Assembly: GCA_963751345.1 (NCBI GenBank)
Contig: CAVVUS010000014.1
Location: forward strand, 1 to 64,000
Direction: 5' to 3'
Source: an uncultured Chloroflexia bacterium
GTDB taxonomy: Bacteria > Chloroflexota > Anaerolineae > B4-G1 > SLSP01
Length of the DNA: 64,000 nucleotides
The notes under the pieces: generated by a model
Databases searched by the model: none
What the model was told of the DNA's origin: nothing
The model's input: the letters and a program-made list of their open reading frames with translations, nothing else
In this document: one piece after another, positions 33,815 to 42,433 of the stretch
Position numbering within the stretch: position 1 is the first letter of the stretch
How the letters are laid out: every line of letters begins with the position of its first letter
Program-made: the position numbers and the translations under genes

Positions 33815-34621
33815 CTACTTGATCACCGTTCCCTGCCCCGACAGCGCCGTCACTACCGGCTTGTCGATGCGCCCGTCGGCCAGAATCACCTGGCCCACGC
33901 CCTCCTGCAGAGCCTCCGTGGCGCCCAGGACCTTGCGCTTCATCCGCCCCTCGGCATACCGGTCGAGGTAGTCCCCGGCCTGGGCCTGGGGGATCTCCTC
34001 GATCAGGCTGCCCTCGTCCTCGACGTCGCGCAGCAGACCGGGCACGTTGGTGAGAATCACCAGGGTCTCGGCACCCAAGGCGGCGGCGATGGCCGCTGCT
34101 GCGCGGTCGCCATCGACGTTCAGCGCCTCGCTCTCATAGCTGATGGCCTGAGGCGCGATCACGGGCACAAATCCGGCCTGCATCACGGCGGTCAGCACGC
34201 CGGCATTCACCTTCTCGATCACGCCGCTGAACTCGTCACGCAGAATCTTGGTCCTGCCGGCCTCGCGGATGCGCAGGAACGACTTGCGCCGTCCTTCCAG
34301 GAGACGCCCGTCGATGCCGGAGAGCCCCACGGCATTGACGCCGAGTTGCTGGAGCCGCTCGACCAGTAGCTTGTTGATCTTGCCGGCGGTCACCATCACG
34401 AAGATCTCCAGCGTCTCCCGATCCGTGTAGCGACTGCTGTGGCCCGAGACCGAGGTGACAAACCGCGGCGGATGTCCGAGCTTCTCGGAGATCACGTTGG
34501 TCTCGTGCGAGCCGCCGTGCACCAGCACCACCTGCTGTCCTTGCTTGACGAGATCGGCGACATCCTGGCAGACCGACTCGGTGTCGACGCCCTCACCGCC
34601 CCCTACTTTGATCACGATCAT
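33815..34621 (-). CDS. lysZ: [LysW]-glutamate/aminoadipate kinase
   Basis: MIVIKVGG, VHGGS, SRYTD, LNVDGDRAAA, GRMKRK. Confidence 0.9.
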   Translation of the reverse strand: MIVIKVGGGEGVDTESVCQDVADLVKQGQQVVLVHGGSHETNVISEKLGHPPRFVTSVSGHSSRYTDRETLEIFVMVTAGKINKLLVERLQQLGVNAVGLSGIDGRLLEGRRKSFLRIREAGRTKILRDEFSGVIEKVNAGVLTAVMQAGFVPVIAPQAISYESEALNVDGDRAAAAIAAALGAETLVILTNVPGLLRDVEDEGSLIEEIPQAQAGDYLDRYAEGRMKRKVLGATEALQEGVGQVILADGRIDKPVVTALSGQGTVIK

Positions 34622-34725
34622 GGTTGCCTCCAAGACGAAGCTCTCAGCTGTCAGCCTTCAGCAGGGAGCCTTATCAACTGTCCCTAGTCCCTGGCGTCAA
34701 GCTCAGTTAAGCTAAAGGTTGTGGT

Positions 34726-34812
34726 TGTCATCCTGAGCCGAGGCGTACGATCTCTGTACTCGGCGAATACTCCTTCACGTCCCCACGCAGCGTGGGCACG
34801 TTCAGGATGACA
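34726..34812. repeat. Palindromic intergenic element with 11-bp terminal inverted repeats
   Basis: TGTCATCCTGA ... TCAGGATGACA. Confidence 0.65.
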
Positions 34813-34822
34813 GGTCCTCAAA

Positions 34823-35878
34823 TCAGGCTAATCCCTGGCCATAAATAGGATGTAGTCCCGGGAACTCGAGCCCCAGCTTCTCATTCCAGCCGTACATCAC
34901 GTTCATCGACTGGACGGCGCTGCCCGCGGCGCCCTTCATCAGGTTGTCGATCGCCGAAATGACCACGAGGCGACCGCCCTCGGGATCGGCCGCGAAGCCG
35001 ATGTCACAGTAGTTCGAGCCGGAGAGCAGCTTGGGTTCCGGATAGCGGTGGATGCCGCGGCGCGACCGCACCAACCGCACGAAGGGCTCGTCGTTGTAGT
35101 CCTCGCGGAACATACGCCAGACATCGCGCTCGTCGATAGGTTCCTTGAGCAGGCAGTGACATGTCGCCAGCGCGCCGCGCACGATGCCGACGGAGGTCAC
35201 GCTGAAGTGAAAGTTGGGCTTGGCGGGATCGAGATCCAGCTCCTGGATCATCTCGCCGATGTGCCGGTGGCCGAAGGGCGAATAGGTGCGCACGACGTCG
35301 GCACGCTCGGGGTGATGCGAGGCCGGGCTCGGATGATGTCCGCCCTCCGACGATCCGACCTTGACCTCGACCACGGTCTCGCGCACGATGCCACGCTTGT
35401 AGAGCGGGCGCAGCGCCAGGTTAGTCACGGTGGCGTTGCAGCCCACACCGCTGACGTACTTCGCCCCGGCCATCTCCTCGCGGTGAAACTCGGGCAGGCC
35501 GTAGACGAAGCGCTCCAACCACTCGGGATGGGGGTGCTTGTGCTCGTACCAGCGCTCGTAGTCGGCGGGGTTCTTGAGGCGGAAGTCACCCGAGAGATCC
35601 ACAATACGCTCGGCCATACCGGCATATTTGTCGATCTGCTCCCAGGCTGTCCCGTGAGGCAAGGCCAGAAAGAGCAAGTCGCAGGGGGCGAGTTCGGAGA
35701 GCGGCACGAATTGGAGGGTCGTCTGCCCGCGCAGATTGGGGTGGACGAAGTAGGCGAACTGCCCGGCGTAGGTCTCCGACGTGATCTGGACGACCTCGAC
35801 CTCTGGGTGGAACAACAACAGGCGCAGGAGCTCACCACCCGCATAACCCGAAGCGCCGACAATAGCTGCCTTGATCAT
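34823..35878 (-). CDS. lysY: [LysW]-glutamyl/aminoadipyl phosphate reductase (ArgC/LysY)
   Basis: [49 protein letters not shown]. Confidence 0.9.
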   Translation of the reverse strand: MIKAAIVGASGYAGGELLRLLLFHPEVEVVQITSETYAGQFAYFVHPNLRGQTTLQFVPLSELAPCDLLFLALPHGTAWEQIDKYAGMAERIVDLSGDFRLKNPADYERWYEHKHPHPEWLERFVYGLPEFHREEMAGAKYVSGVGCNATVTNLALRPLYKRGIVRETVVEVKVGSSEGGHHPSPASHHPERADVVRTYSPFGHRHIGEMIQELDLDPAKPNFHFSVTSVGIVRGALATCHCLLKEPIDERDVWRMFREDYNDEPFVRLVRSRRGIHRYPEPKLLSGSNYCDIGFAADPEGGRLVVISAIDNLMKGAAGSAVQSMNVMYGWNEKLGLEFPGLHPIYGQGLA

Positions 35879-36729
35879 ATCGCTTTCCCCTCCGCCACCT
35901 GAAGCACGTAATCCACAATCTTGGCCGCGATGTCCACGTCGGTCGCGTTGCGAGCGCCGTGGAACTCCGGCGTATGGTTGACCTCGTTGACCAGAAGGTC
36001 ACCGTCAGCATCTTCCAGCAAATCGACGGCGACGATCCCCCCACCCACGGCCTTCGCAGCCCCCACGGACAGATGCGCAATCTCGTCGGTGACCGGGCAG
36101 GGCACAGGCTCACCGCCCAGCGCAGTATTGGTGATCCAGTGCTCGGACTGGCGGTAGATCGCGTAGACGACCTCATCGCCCGCCACCATCACGCGGATAT
36201 CGCGTCCGGGCTTGTCCACGTACTCCTGGATATAGGCCACGCCGTGAAGATAGCCACCCAGGGTGCTCTTGTGCTCCAGCAAGGCCTCGGCGGCGTCACG
36301 ATCATTGACCCGCGCCAGGAGCCTGCCCCACGAGCCGAAAAGCGGCTTGAGCACGACGGGGTAGCCCATGGCCTCGATGGCCGCCAGTCCCGACTCGGGC
36401 GTGAACGCCACGGCCGTCCTGGGAATCGGCAGCCCCGCCTCCTGGAGCGCGGCGCTCGTCAAGAGCTTGTCCCCGCACACTGAGATGGTCTGGTGTGGGC
36501 TGACCGTCGGGATACCCAGACCCTCAAGCCACCGCGAGATGTAGTAGGCATTCGTGTGACTCAAGCAGCGCACCAGGAACGCGTCATAGGCGCCAGGGGA
36601 CGTGCCGTCGAACCGGAACGTCAGCTCGCGGGGATCGAACCGGTCATAGGCCACGCCCCGGTCGTCAAGTGCCGCGGTGATCAGTTTCTCCTCAACCCGC
36701 TTGCGGGAATAGAGCACCCCAATCTTCAT
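35875..36729 (-). CDS. lysX: LysX/ArgX ATP-grasp ligase (amino acid--LysW ligase)
   Basis: [45 protein letters not shown]. Confidence 0.9.
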   Translation of the reverse strand: MKIGVLYSRKRVEEKLITAALDDRGVAYDRFDPRELTFRFDGTSPGAYDAFLVRCLSHTNAYYISRWLEGLGIPTVSPHQTISVCGDKLLTSAALQEAGLPIPRTAVAFTPESGLAAIEAMGYPVVLKPLFGSWGRLLARVNDRDAAEALLEHKSTLGGYLHGVAYIQEYVDKPGRDIRVMVAGDEVVYAIYRQSEHWITNTALGGEPVPCPVTDEIAHLSVGAAKAVGGGIVAVDLLEDADGDLLVNEVNHTPEFHGARNATDVDIAAKIVDYVLQVAEGKAI

Positions 36730-36741
36730 GCAGGACCTCCG

Positions 36742-36912
36742 TCACTCGCCCCAGTCTTCCTCGACCTCAGGCGCCATCTCAACCTCAAGCGGGTTCACGG
36801 AGACGACCTCCAATTCGACGCCGCAATCGGGGCACACAATGATCTCGCTCTCCTCGACATCGGGGCTCAAGGTCAGCTCTGCTTCACACTCAGGACAGAA
36901 TACGGTTGCCAT
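36742..36912 (-). CDS. lysW: Amino-group carrier protein LysW (56 aa, absent from the ORF track)
   Basis: [56 protein letters not shown]: two CxxC motifs and diagnostic EDWGE C-terminus. Confidence 0.97.
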   Translation of the reverse strand: MATVFCPECEAELTLSPDVEESEIIVCPDCGVELEVVSVNPLEVEMAPEVEEDWGE

Positions 36913-36964
36913 CAGGAATCTCCCTTCCGATATAGTTTAGTACTGCGTACACGCGCTTTGACAT

Positions 36965-36998
36965 AGAAAAAGCCAGTCCCTGTCTGGGACTGGCTTTT
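36965..36998 (-). terminator. Intrinsic terminator in the 5' leader of the LysW/arg operon (attenuator)
   Basis: Minus strand AAAAGCCAGTCCC-AGACA-GGGACTGGC-TTTTT, about 50 nt upstream of the lysW ATG. Confidence 0.85.
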
Positions 36999-37021
36999 AC
37001 ACCCTTGTAAGCGATCTCGTG

Positions 37022-37108
37022 CTAGCTACGCACAGAGGCGCCGACCCAGCAGGCCTGGTTCAGCATAGCTCGAGCTCGTCGCTTTAGATCAAAAATGGTT
37101 GTTATCAT
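37022..37108 (-). CDS. Putative attenuator leader peptide MITTIFDLKRRARAMLNQACWVGASVRS
   Basis: ATG just downstream of the -10; AAG CGA CGA GCT CGA codon cluster; stop 24 nt before the terminator. Confidence 0.65.
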   Translation of the reverse strand: MITTIFDLKRRARAMLNQACWVGASVRS

Positions 37109-37123
37109 TTCAACTCGTCGAAG

Positions 37124-37151
37124 AGCATACCATAGCTCTTGTTTTTGTCAA
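37124..37151 (-). promoter_or_regulatory. sigma70 promoter of the LysW/arg operon
   Basis: TTGACA (37151-37146), 16 nt, TG-extended TATGCT (37129-37124). Confidence 0.75.
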
Positions 37152-37173
37152 CCCGGCGGGGCGAAAATCGTCA

Positions 37174-37222
37174 TTGACACAGCCATACAGGTCGCTATAA
37201 TGAGGATAGAACATATGTTCTA
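37174..37222 (+). promoter_or_regulatory. Consensus sigma70 promoter with LexA (SOS) box at the transcription start
   Basis: TTGACA 37174-37179, TATAAT 37196-37201, perfect palindrome TAGAACATATGTTCTA 37207-37222 (GAAC-N4-GTTC). Confidence 0.85.
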
Positions 37223-37248
37223 CCTATAGAGTGAACGGGAGGCGAGTT

Positions 37249-38347
37249 ATGTCGCAGCAAGTCAGGCCGTATCTGGAATATCAAGCCGACCGCGTCGAAG
37301 CGGTCCTCGCCGCCCACCGCGCTCCCGGGCGCGTCACCGGCGGGACCGTCGGCCCCCGCCTCATCCGCTTCTTCCTCAACCCCGACCCCGCCACCCGCTT
37401 CTCCGCCATCAAGCGCCTCGCCGACGACCTCGCCCTCGCCATGCGCGTCTCCGCCCTCAACGTCGACCGCGACGAACACGGCGTCGTCCTCTCCTTCGCC
37501 AATCCCGATCCCAAGCCCGTCGAGCTGCTCGCGCTCCTCGACGATGTCCTCCCCATCCCCCCGGCTACCGCCGTCCTCGGCCTCACCGACGCCGGCCTCC
37601 CCCTCCTCGCCCGCCTCTCTGCCCCCGACGTCGCCCACGTCCTCGTCGCCGGCACCACCGGCTCCGGCAAGTCCGTGCTCCTGCGCACTATGGCCACCTC
37701 CCTCTGTCTCACCAACTCCCCCGACCGCCTTGCGCCTGCTGTGCATCGATCCCAAGGGCCGCACCTTCCGCTCGCTCGCTCCTGCTCCCCACCTCGCCCG
37801 TCCCATCATCTCCGATCCCCTCGAGGCCGGCGAGGCACTCCGCTCGCTCCTGCGCACCATGCAGGTCCGCGACCGCCGCGGCGAGCTCCCCGGTGAGGCT
37901 ACCCCGCGCATCGTGGTCTGCATCGACGAGCTTGCCGATCTGATCATGGCCGGCGGCGATCCGGTCGTCGAGACCCTCACCCGCCTCGCCCAACGCGGGC
38001 GCGAGGCCGGCATCCATCTGGTTGCCGCCACCCAGCATCCTGCCGCCGCGATTCTCGGCAGTCTCATGCGCGCCAACTTCCCCCTGCGCCTTATCGGGCG
38101 CGTCGCCTCCGCCCAGGATGCCTTGGTCGCTTGCGGGCGCGGCGGCACCGAGGCGCATCTGCTCCACGGGCGCGGTGACTTCCTCGCGGTCTCCGGTGGC
38201 GATCTGCCGATTCGTTTCCAGGTGGCCAATCTGCGCGAGCGCGATGTCCGCGCGCAAGTGGCGCAGGTGGGCACGCAGGAGAGCGTGTTGGCCCTGCCCG
38301 TGCGTGACGCGTCACGCGTCTCGAAAGGATCCACCCATGCGACGTAG
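37249..38347 (+). CDS. FtsK/SpoIIIE-type ATPase with alpha+beta motor only (no N-terminal TM, no gamma domain); frameshift ~37730
   Basis: VGPRLIRF...LADDLALAM alpha domain, HVLVAGTTGSGKS, IDPKG, IVVCIDELADL, GREAGIHLVAATQHP, GRGDFL. Confidence 0.85.
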
Positions 38348-38769
38348 ATACGTTGAGGATGAACCAGCGGCGTACGAGCCGCACACGCCGCTGCGCGCCC
38401 GGCTGGCGCGCTTTTTCGGGCTGATGGGTGCGCTCTTCGCCATCACCATGGCCGTGATCGTCACCCAGAAGTTGAGCCACGACTCGCTGGCGCTCTTGAT
38501 CGGGCTCACCTGCGGCGTGCTGGCGATGCTGCCCACGCTGGCTCTGGGGGTCTTCATCTGGCGCCGCGAGGATGCCCGCCGTGCAGCAGCGTGAGCAGGC
38601 CCAGCGCCAGCCCGCGTATCCGGCGACTCCGCCGGTCATCGTGATCTCCCCTCAGGCTTTGCCGGGATACGGCGCCTCAGCACGGCCTTCGGGCAGACCG
38701 AGGCATACAAATCCCTGGGCACCGTCCTCCTCCGGGCGGCAGTTCAAGATCGTGGGCGGCGACGACTGA
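38337..38769 (+). CDS. Small 2-TM membrane protein with Pro/Gln-rich tail (frameshift ~38580)
   Basis: Overlaps the FtsK stop; FFGLMGALFAITMAVIV and LALLIGLTCGVLAMLPTLALGVFIW; tail PPVIVISP...RQFKIVGGDD. Confidence 0.65.
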
Positions 38770-38926
38770 ACGTTGAACGTTCCTTCCGCAGCGACGATGC
38801 AATCTCGAGTAGTGCACCATTCTGCCCACTGTCTTCCCGGCAGGCAATCTGCTCGTTTCGGCGTCCTCGCATCCGGTGTACAATCGACGCAGCAGAATCG
38901 ACCCCCTACACCCCAAGGAGCCTGCG

Positions 38927-40316
38927 ATGATGCGACGCACAGAGGTGGACTTCTCAAAGATCCTACGCGACTGGGACGGTTTCGGCGTCAACTACGTCGA
39001 GGCAGCCCAGACGCGCGACTATCAGGTCGATCCCCAGGAGTACGGCGGCTTCAGCATCCTCACGGAGACACAACGCCAGGAGATCATCGACCTGATCTTC
39101 GGCGAGGACGGCCTGAAACCCGGGCCTGGTCAAGATGTTCCTCGATCCGTTCCACCAGGAAGGCGCCGGGCGCTCCGTACGATCACGAGACGACGACGCA
39201 CTGGATGCGCGACCTTCGTGCGCGAGGGGCTGCGGGTCACCCGCGCTCGCGGCGCCGATCTCTCCATCATCACGACGCTCTACGGCCCGCCGGCCTGGGC
39301 GACCAAGCAGAAGTTCATCCGCGGCCGAGATCTGGACCCGGCCCATAAGGCCGACGTCGGCGAGTACCTCGCCGCCTGGGCCCGGTATCTGTTGGACGTC
39401 GAGGGCTTCCCCGTGCGGGTCGTCTGCCTCCACAACGAGGGAGAGGACTGGATGCGCTGGCCCCTGGACGGCAGCACGGCCGACCGGCCAAGCCACGACT
39501 ACAATATGTACTGGCCCCCCGAGCAGGTCGTCGAGTTCCTCAAGCTCCTGCCGCCGATCCTGGAGGCCCAGACCATTTCCGACGTGGGCATCGCGCCCGG
39601 CGAGACGACGAACTGGTATCGTTTCTCCGAGTGGGGCTACGCCGCCGCCATCGCCGAGCGATCCTGAGGCCCTGGAAGCGCTCGGCTTGATCACATCGCA
39701 CGGCTTCAAGGGCGCCGAGCGCGGGCGCTGGTATGGCGATTGGCGGAGCAGGGCATCGATCATCCTCCGCGAGAAAGCGTCCCGAGCTTCACGCGTGGGT
39801 GACCAGCACGAGTTGGAGCAAGATGGACGTCTGGTTCGTAGACGAGATCCGCAACAACATCTACGCCGCCAAGGTCAACGGCATCATCCCCTGGGCTTGC
39901 ATTCAGCGCCCCGGCAAATGGGTGGGCGGCGATCCGAACCCCGGCACGGCCTTCGAGGTCTACGACGACGGCCACTATGAGGTGAAGCCCGGCTACTATT
40001 TCTTCAAGCAGGTGAGCCGTGCCGGCCAGCCGGGTATGGCGGTCGCGCAAGTAGTCTCCAACGACTCCGAGATCGGGCTGATCGCCTTTGCCGGACGCGG
40101 GAGCGGCAACCCCGACGCCTTCGTCATTCTCAACATGGCCGACCACGCCGTGCCGTTGGAGATCGACGTGCGGGGCACCGGCCACGCGACGTTCAGCGTC
40201 GTTCGCACAGGGCCGGACGAGGCCTACGCGGCCCTCGATGACGCTCGACGCTGCGCGAGGGCCACGTGGCCTACGAGGCGCCGGCAGGGTCCGTGACGAC
40301 CTTCACCGGCGCCTGA
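38927..40316 (+). CDS. Putative clan GH-A glycoside hydrolase (GH30-like), frameshifted
   Basis: WDGFG, YGPPAW, LHNEGE acid/base-like motif, ITSHGF, WVTS, YYFFKQVSR, C-terminal PAGSVTT. Confidence 0.5.
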
Positions 40317-40317
40317 G

Positions 40318-41088
40318 CTAGCGCGCCGTCCAGCCTCCGTCGACGAGGATGCCGGCCCCGGTGACGAAGCTGGAGGCGTTGCTGGCGAGGAAGAGCGTCA
40401 CGCCGCCGATCTCCTCGATCTCGCCCCACCGGCCCAGCGGGATCTGCGAGACAAACGCCTGATACTTTTCGGGATCGTCGAGGAGCGGGCGGTTCAACTC
40501 GGTGCCAAAGGGACCCGGCAGCAGGGCGTTCACCGTGATCCCAAACGGTGCCCACTCCAGCGCCAACGTCCGCGTGAGCTGCAGCACGGCACCCTTGCTG
40601 GTCGCATAGGGCGTGCGCTCGGGAATCGAGACCAGCGAAAGCATCGACCCGACGTTGATAACGCGCCCGTAGCGCTGCGCCTTCATATGCGGCGCGACCT
40701 CACGACAGAGCAACCAGGGTCCGGTTACGTTGGTGTCCTGCACGCGGCGGAAATCGGCCAGCGACACATCCTCGATGGCACCGCGGATGTTGATGCCCGC
40801 GTTGTTGATCAGCACGTCGATCTTGCCGAACTCCTCGAGAGTATAGGCGACCAGCCCCTGGACCTGCTCGGGCTCGGCGACGTCGGCCGCGTAGCTGCGG
40901 CAAGGTCGACCGTAAGTGTCCTCGATCTCCTCGGCCACCACGCGAACTGCCGCGGGGTCCCTGCTCGTCACGACGACGCTTGCGCCGGCCTCCGCCAGCG
41001 TGAGCGCCATCACCTTTCCCAGACCTCGACTTCCCCCCGTGATAATCGCGACGCGGCCGTCCATTCGAAATTGATCCAAGATCCCCAT
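40318..41088 (-). CDS. SDR family oxidoreductase (gluconate/2-deoxygluconate dehydrogenase-like)
   Basis: TGGSRGLG, NNAG, YATSK, VDGG. Confidence 0.9.
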   Translation of the reverse strand: MGILDQFRMDGRVAIITGGSRGLGKVMALTLAEAGASVVVTSRDPAAVRVVAEEIEDTYGRPCRSYAADVAEPEQVQGLVAYTLEEFGKIDVLINNAGINIRGAIEDVSLADFRRVQDTNVTGPWLLCREVAPHMKAQRYGRVINVGSMLSLVSIPERTPYATSKGAVLQLTRTLALEWAPFGITVNALLPGPFGTELNRPLLDDPEKYQAFVSQIPLGRWGEIEEIGGVTLFLASNASSFVTGAGILVDGGWTAR

Positions 41089-41263
41089 CTTTCCCCCTTA
41101 TTACCTGGTCGGTATGCCATCGAACCTCCGCATTGTCGACGACTCGCCGGTCGCGTCAAGCGAGCGCCGCAGTCAAGCGCGGCTCCTAGGGTTTGCCCGT
41201 GCCATGCCGCATGGTATACTCCAAAGAGATTTGCAGAAACCAGGATGACCCTCAGGAGGAACC

Positions 41264-41512
41264 ATGGTTGACGCCGAACTTCTGGAGATTCTACGTTGCC
41301 CCCACTGTGTGAGCGGGGAGACGCGCCTCAAGGACAAAGAGGATCCAGGTGTGCTGGACCTAGTCCGCGATGACAGCTGGCTCGTCTGCCAGGACTGCGG
41401 GCGGAAGTATCCTATTCGCGAAGATATCCCCGTGATGCTCATCGAGACGGGTGAGAAGTGGATGAGCACTGCCGTCGAAGACCTGCCCGTCCCGCCGCCC
41501 GAAGAGAGCTAA
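41264..41512 (+). CDS. Trm112 family protein
   Basis: LLEILRCPHC...LVCQDCGRKYPIREDIPVML. Confidence 0.85.
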   Translation: MVDAELLEILRCPHCVSGETRLKDKEDPGVLDLVRDDSWLVCQDCGRKYPIREDIPVMLIETGEKWMSTAVEDLPVPPPEES

Positions 41513-41751
41513 TGTCGCGGACTCGCAGCACTTGGCCGGTCGTTGCCGTCAGTGCAGCGGGTGTACTTTTCATTCTACTGGGCCTGGTGGCACTGGCGCT
41601 GCCCACTTCCCAGGAAGGCGCGCAGGTCTGGCAGCTCGACCCACAGCACGCCGTCACCCTGATGGATGTCGCCGGAGCTTTTGCCCTGGGCCTGGGGATT
41701 ATGCTGACGTGGGTGGGCAGCCGCGTCTGGCACCACATACTGCAGGGCTAG
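41512..41751 (+). CDS. Small 2-TM membrane protein
   Basis: TAATG overlap with the Trm112 stop; two hydrophobic segments. Confidence 0.55.
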   Translation: MSRTRSTWPVVAVSAAGVLFILLGLVALALPTSQEGAQVWQLDPQHAVTLMDVAGAFALGLGIMLTWVGSRVWHHILQG

Positions 41752-41756
41752 ACGAC

Positions 41757-42218
41757 GTGGGGGCAGATGATCTCCCCCCGACCGGTGGCACCTACGGCCT
41801 TGTATTAGAGCTTGGAGGCGCCTCGCGGCTGCAGATCGGGGCGCTGGGATCGTGGACCTTTCCCGAAGGTACCTACCTCTACGTGGGCAGTGCGTGGGGT
41901 CCCGGCGGTCTGAGGGCGCGGGTCGGGCGCCATCTACGAGGTAGCGCCGCGCTGCGTTGGCACATCGACTATCTGCGCGCCGCGTCCGATCCCGTAGCCG
42001 TCTGGCTCGCGGTGGGGCTGCGGGTTGAGTGTACCTGGGCGCAGGCCCTGGCTGAGGGCCCTGCTGCTGAGATCGTGGTCCCGCGTTTCGGCGCCTCCGA
42101 CTGCAGCTGCCCCAGCCACCTTTTCCGCATTGAGCAAGATACGTCTGCGGCGCTCGCGCTCCCCGGTTCCCCATATCGCCTTTCTGTGAGACCAACGGAC
42201 GGCGACGCTAATCGCTGA
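41757..42218 (+). CDS. GIY-YIG-like DUF123 family protein
   Basis: GTYGL, YLYVGSAWGPGGL, RWHIDYL, FGASDCSCPSHLF. Confidence 0.8.
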   Translation: MGADDLPPTGGTYGLVLELGGASRLQIGALGSWTFPEGTYLYVGSAWGPGGLRARVGRHLRGSAALRWHIDYLRAASDPVAVWLAVGLRVECTWAQALAEGPAAEIVVPRFGASDCSCPSHLFRIEQDTSAALALPGSPYRLSVRPTDGDANR

Positions 42219-42231
42219 GCGCAAGTTGCGT

Positions 42232-42259
42232 TTGACAACCCACCCCCACATGCTATACT
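42232..42259 (+). promoter_or_regulatory. tRNA promoter
   Basis: TTGACA 42232-42237, TG-extended TATACT 42254-42259. Confidence 0.65.
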
Positions 42260-42270
42260 CCAGCTCACCT

Positions 42271-42344
42271 GGGTCGTTAGCTCAGTCCGGTAGAGCAGGG
42301 GCCTTTTAAGCCCAGGGCCGCAGGTTCGAATCCTGTACGACCCA
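42271..42344 (+). tRNA. tRNA-Lys(UUU), CCA not encoded
   Basis: Acceptor GGGTCGT/ACGACCC, D arm GCTC/GAGC, anticodon loop CTTTTAA, T arm GCAGG-TTCGAAT-CCTGT. Confidence 0.95.
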
Positions 42345-42352
42345 CTGAAAAT

Positions 42353-42386
42353 CGCACCCCGGCACACAAATGTGTGCCGGGGTGCG
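42353..42386. terminator. Hairpin downstream of the tRNA (between convergent genes)
   Basis: CGCACCCCGGCACACA-AA-TGTGTGCCGGGGTGCG. Confidence 0.7.
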
Positions 42387-42433
42387 TCGTTGTACGGCGA
42401 AGTCTGAATCCTCCGTGGTTCAGGTATTCCCCC

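Noticed and set aside
36965-37120. T-box or lysine riboswitch in the arg leader
   Set aside because: No AAGGTGGTACC-like T-box motif or lysine aptamer features seen, and the leader is short; a uORF attenuator fits better, but an Rfam scan is still needed
37249-42344. Integrative/conjugative element spanning FtsK to tRNA-Lys
   Set aside because: No integrase, relaxase or att duplication; intervening genes are metabolic or housekeeping
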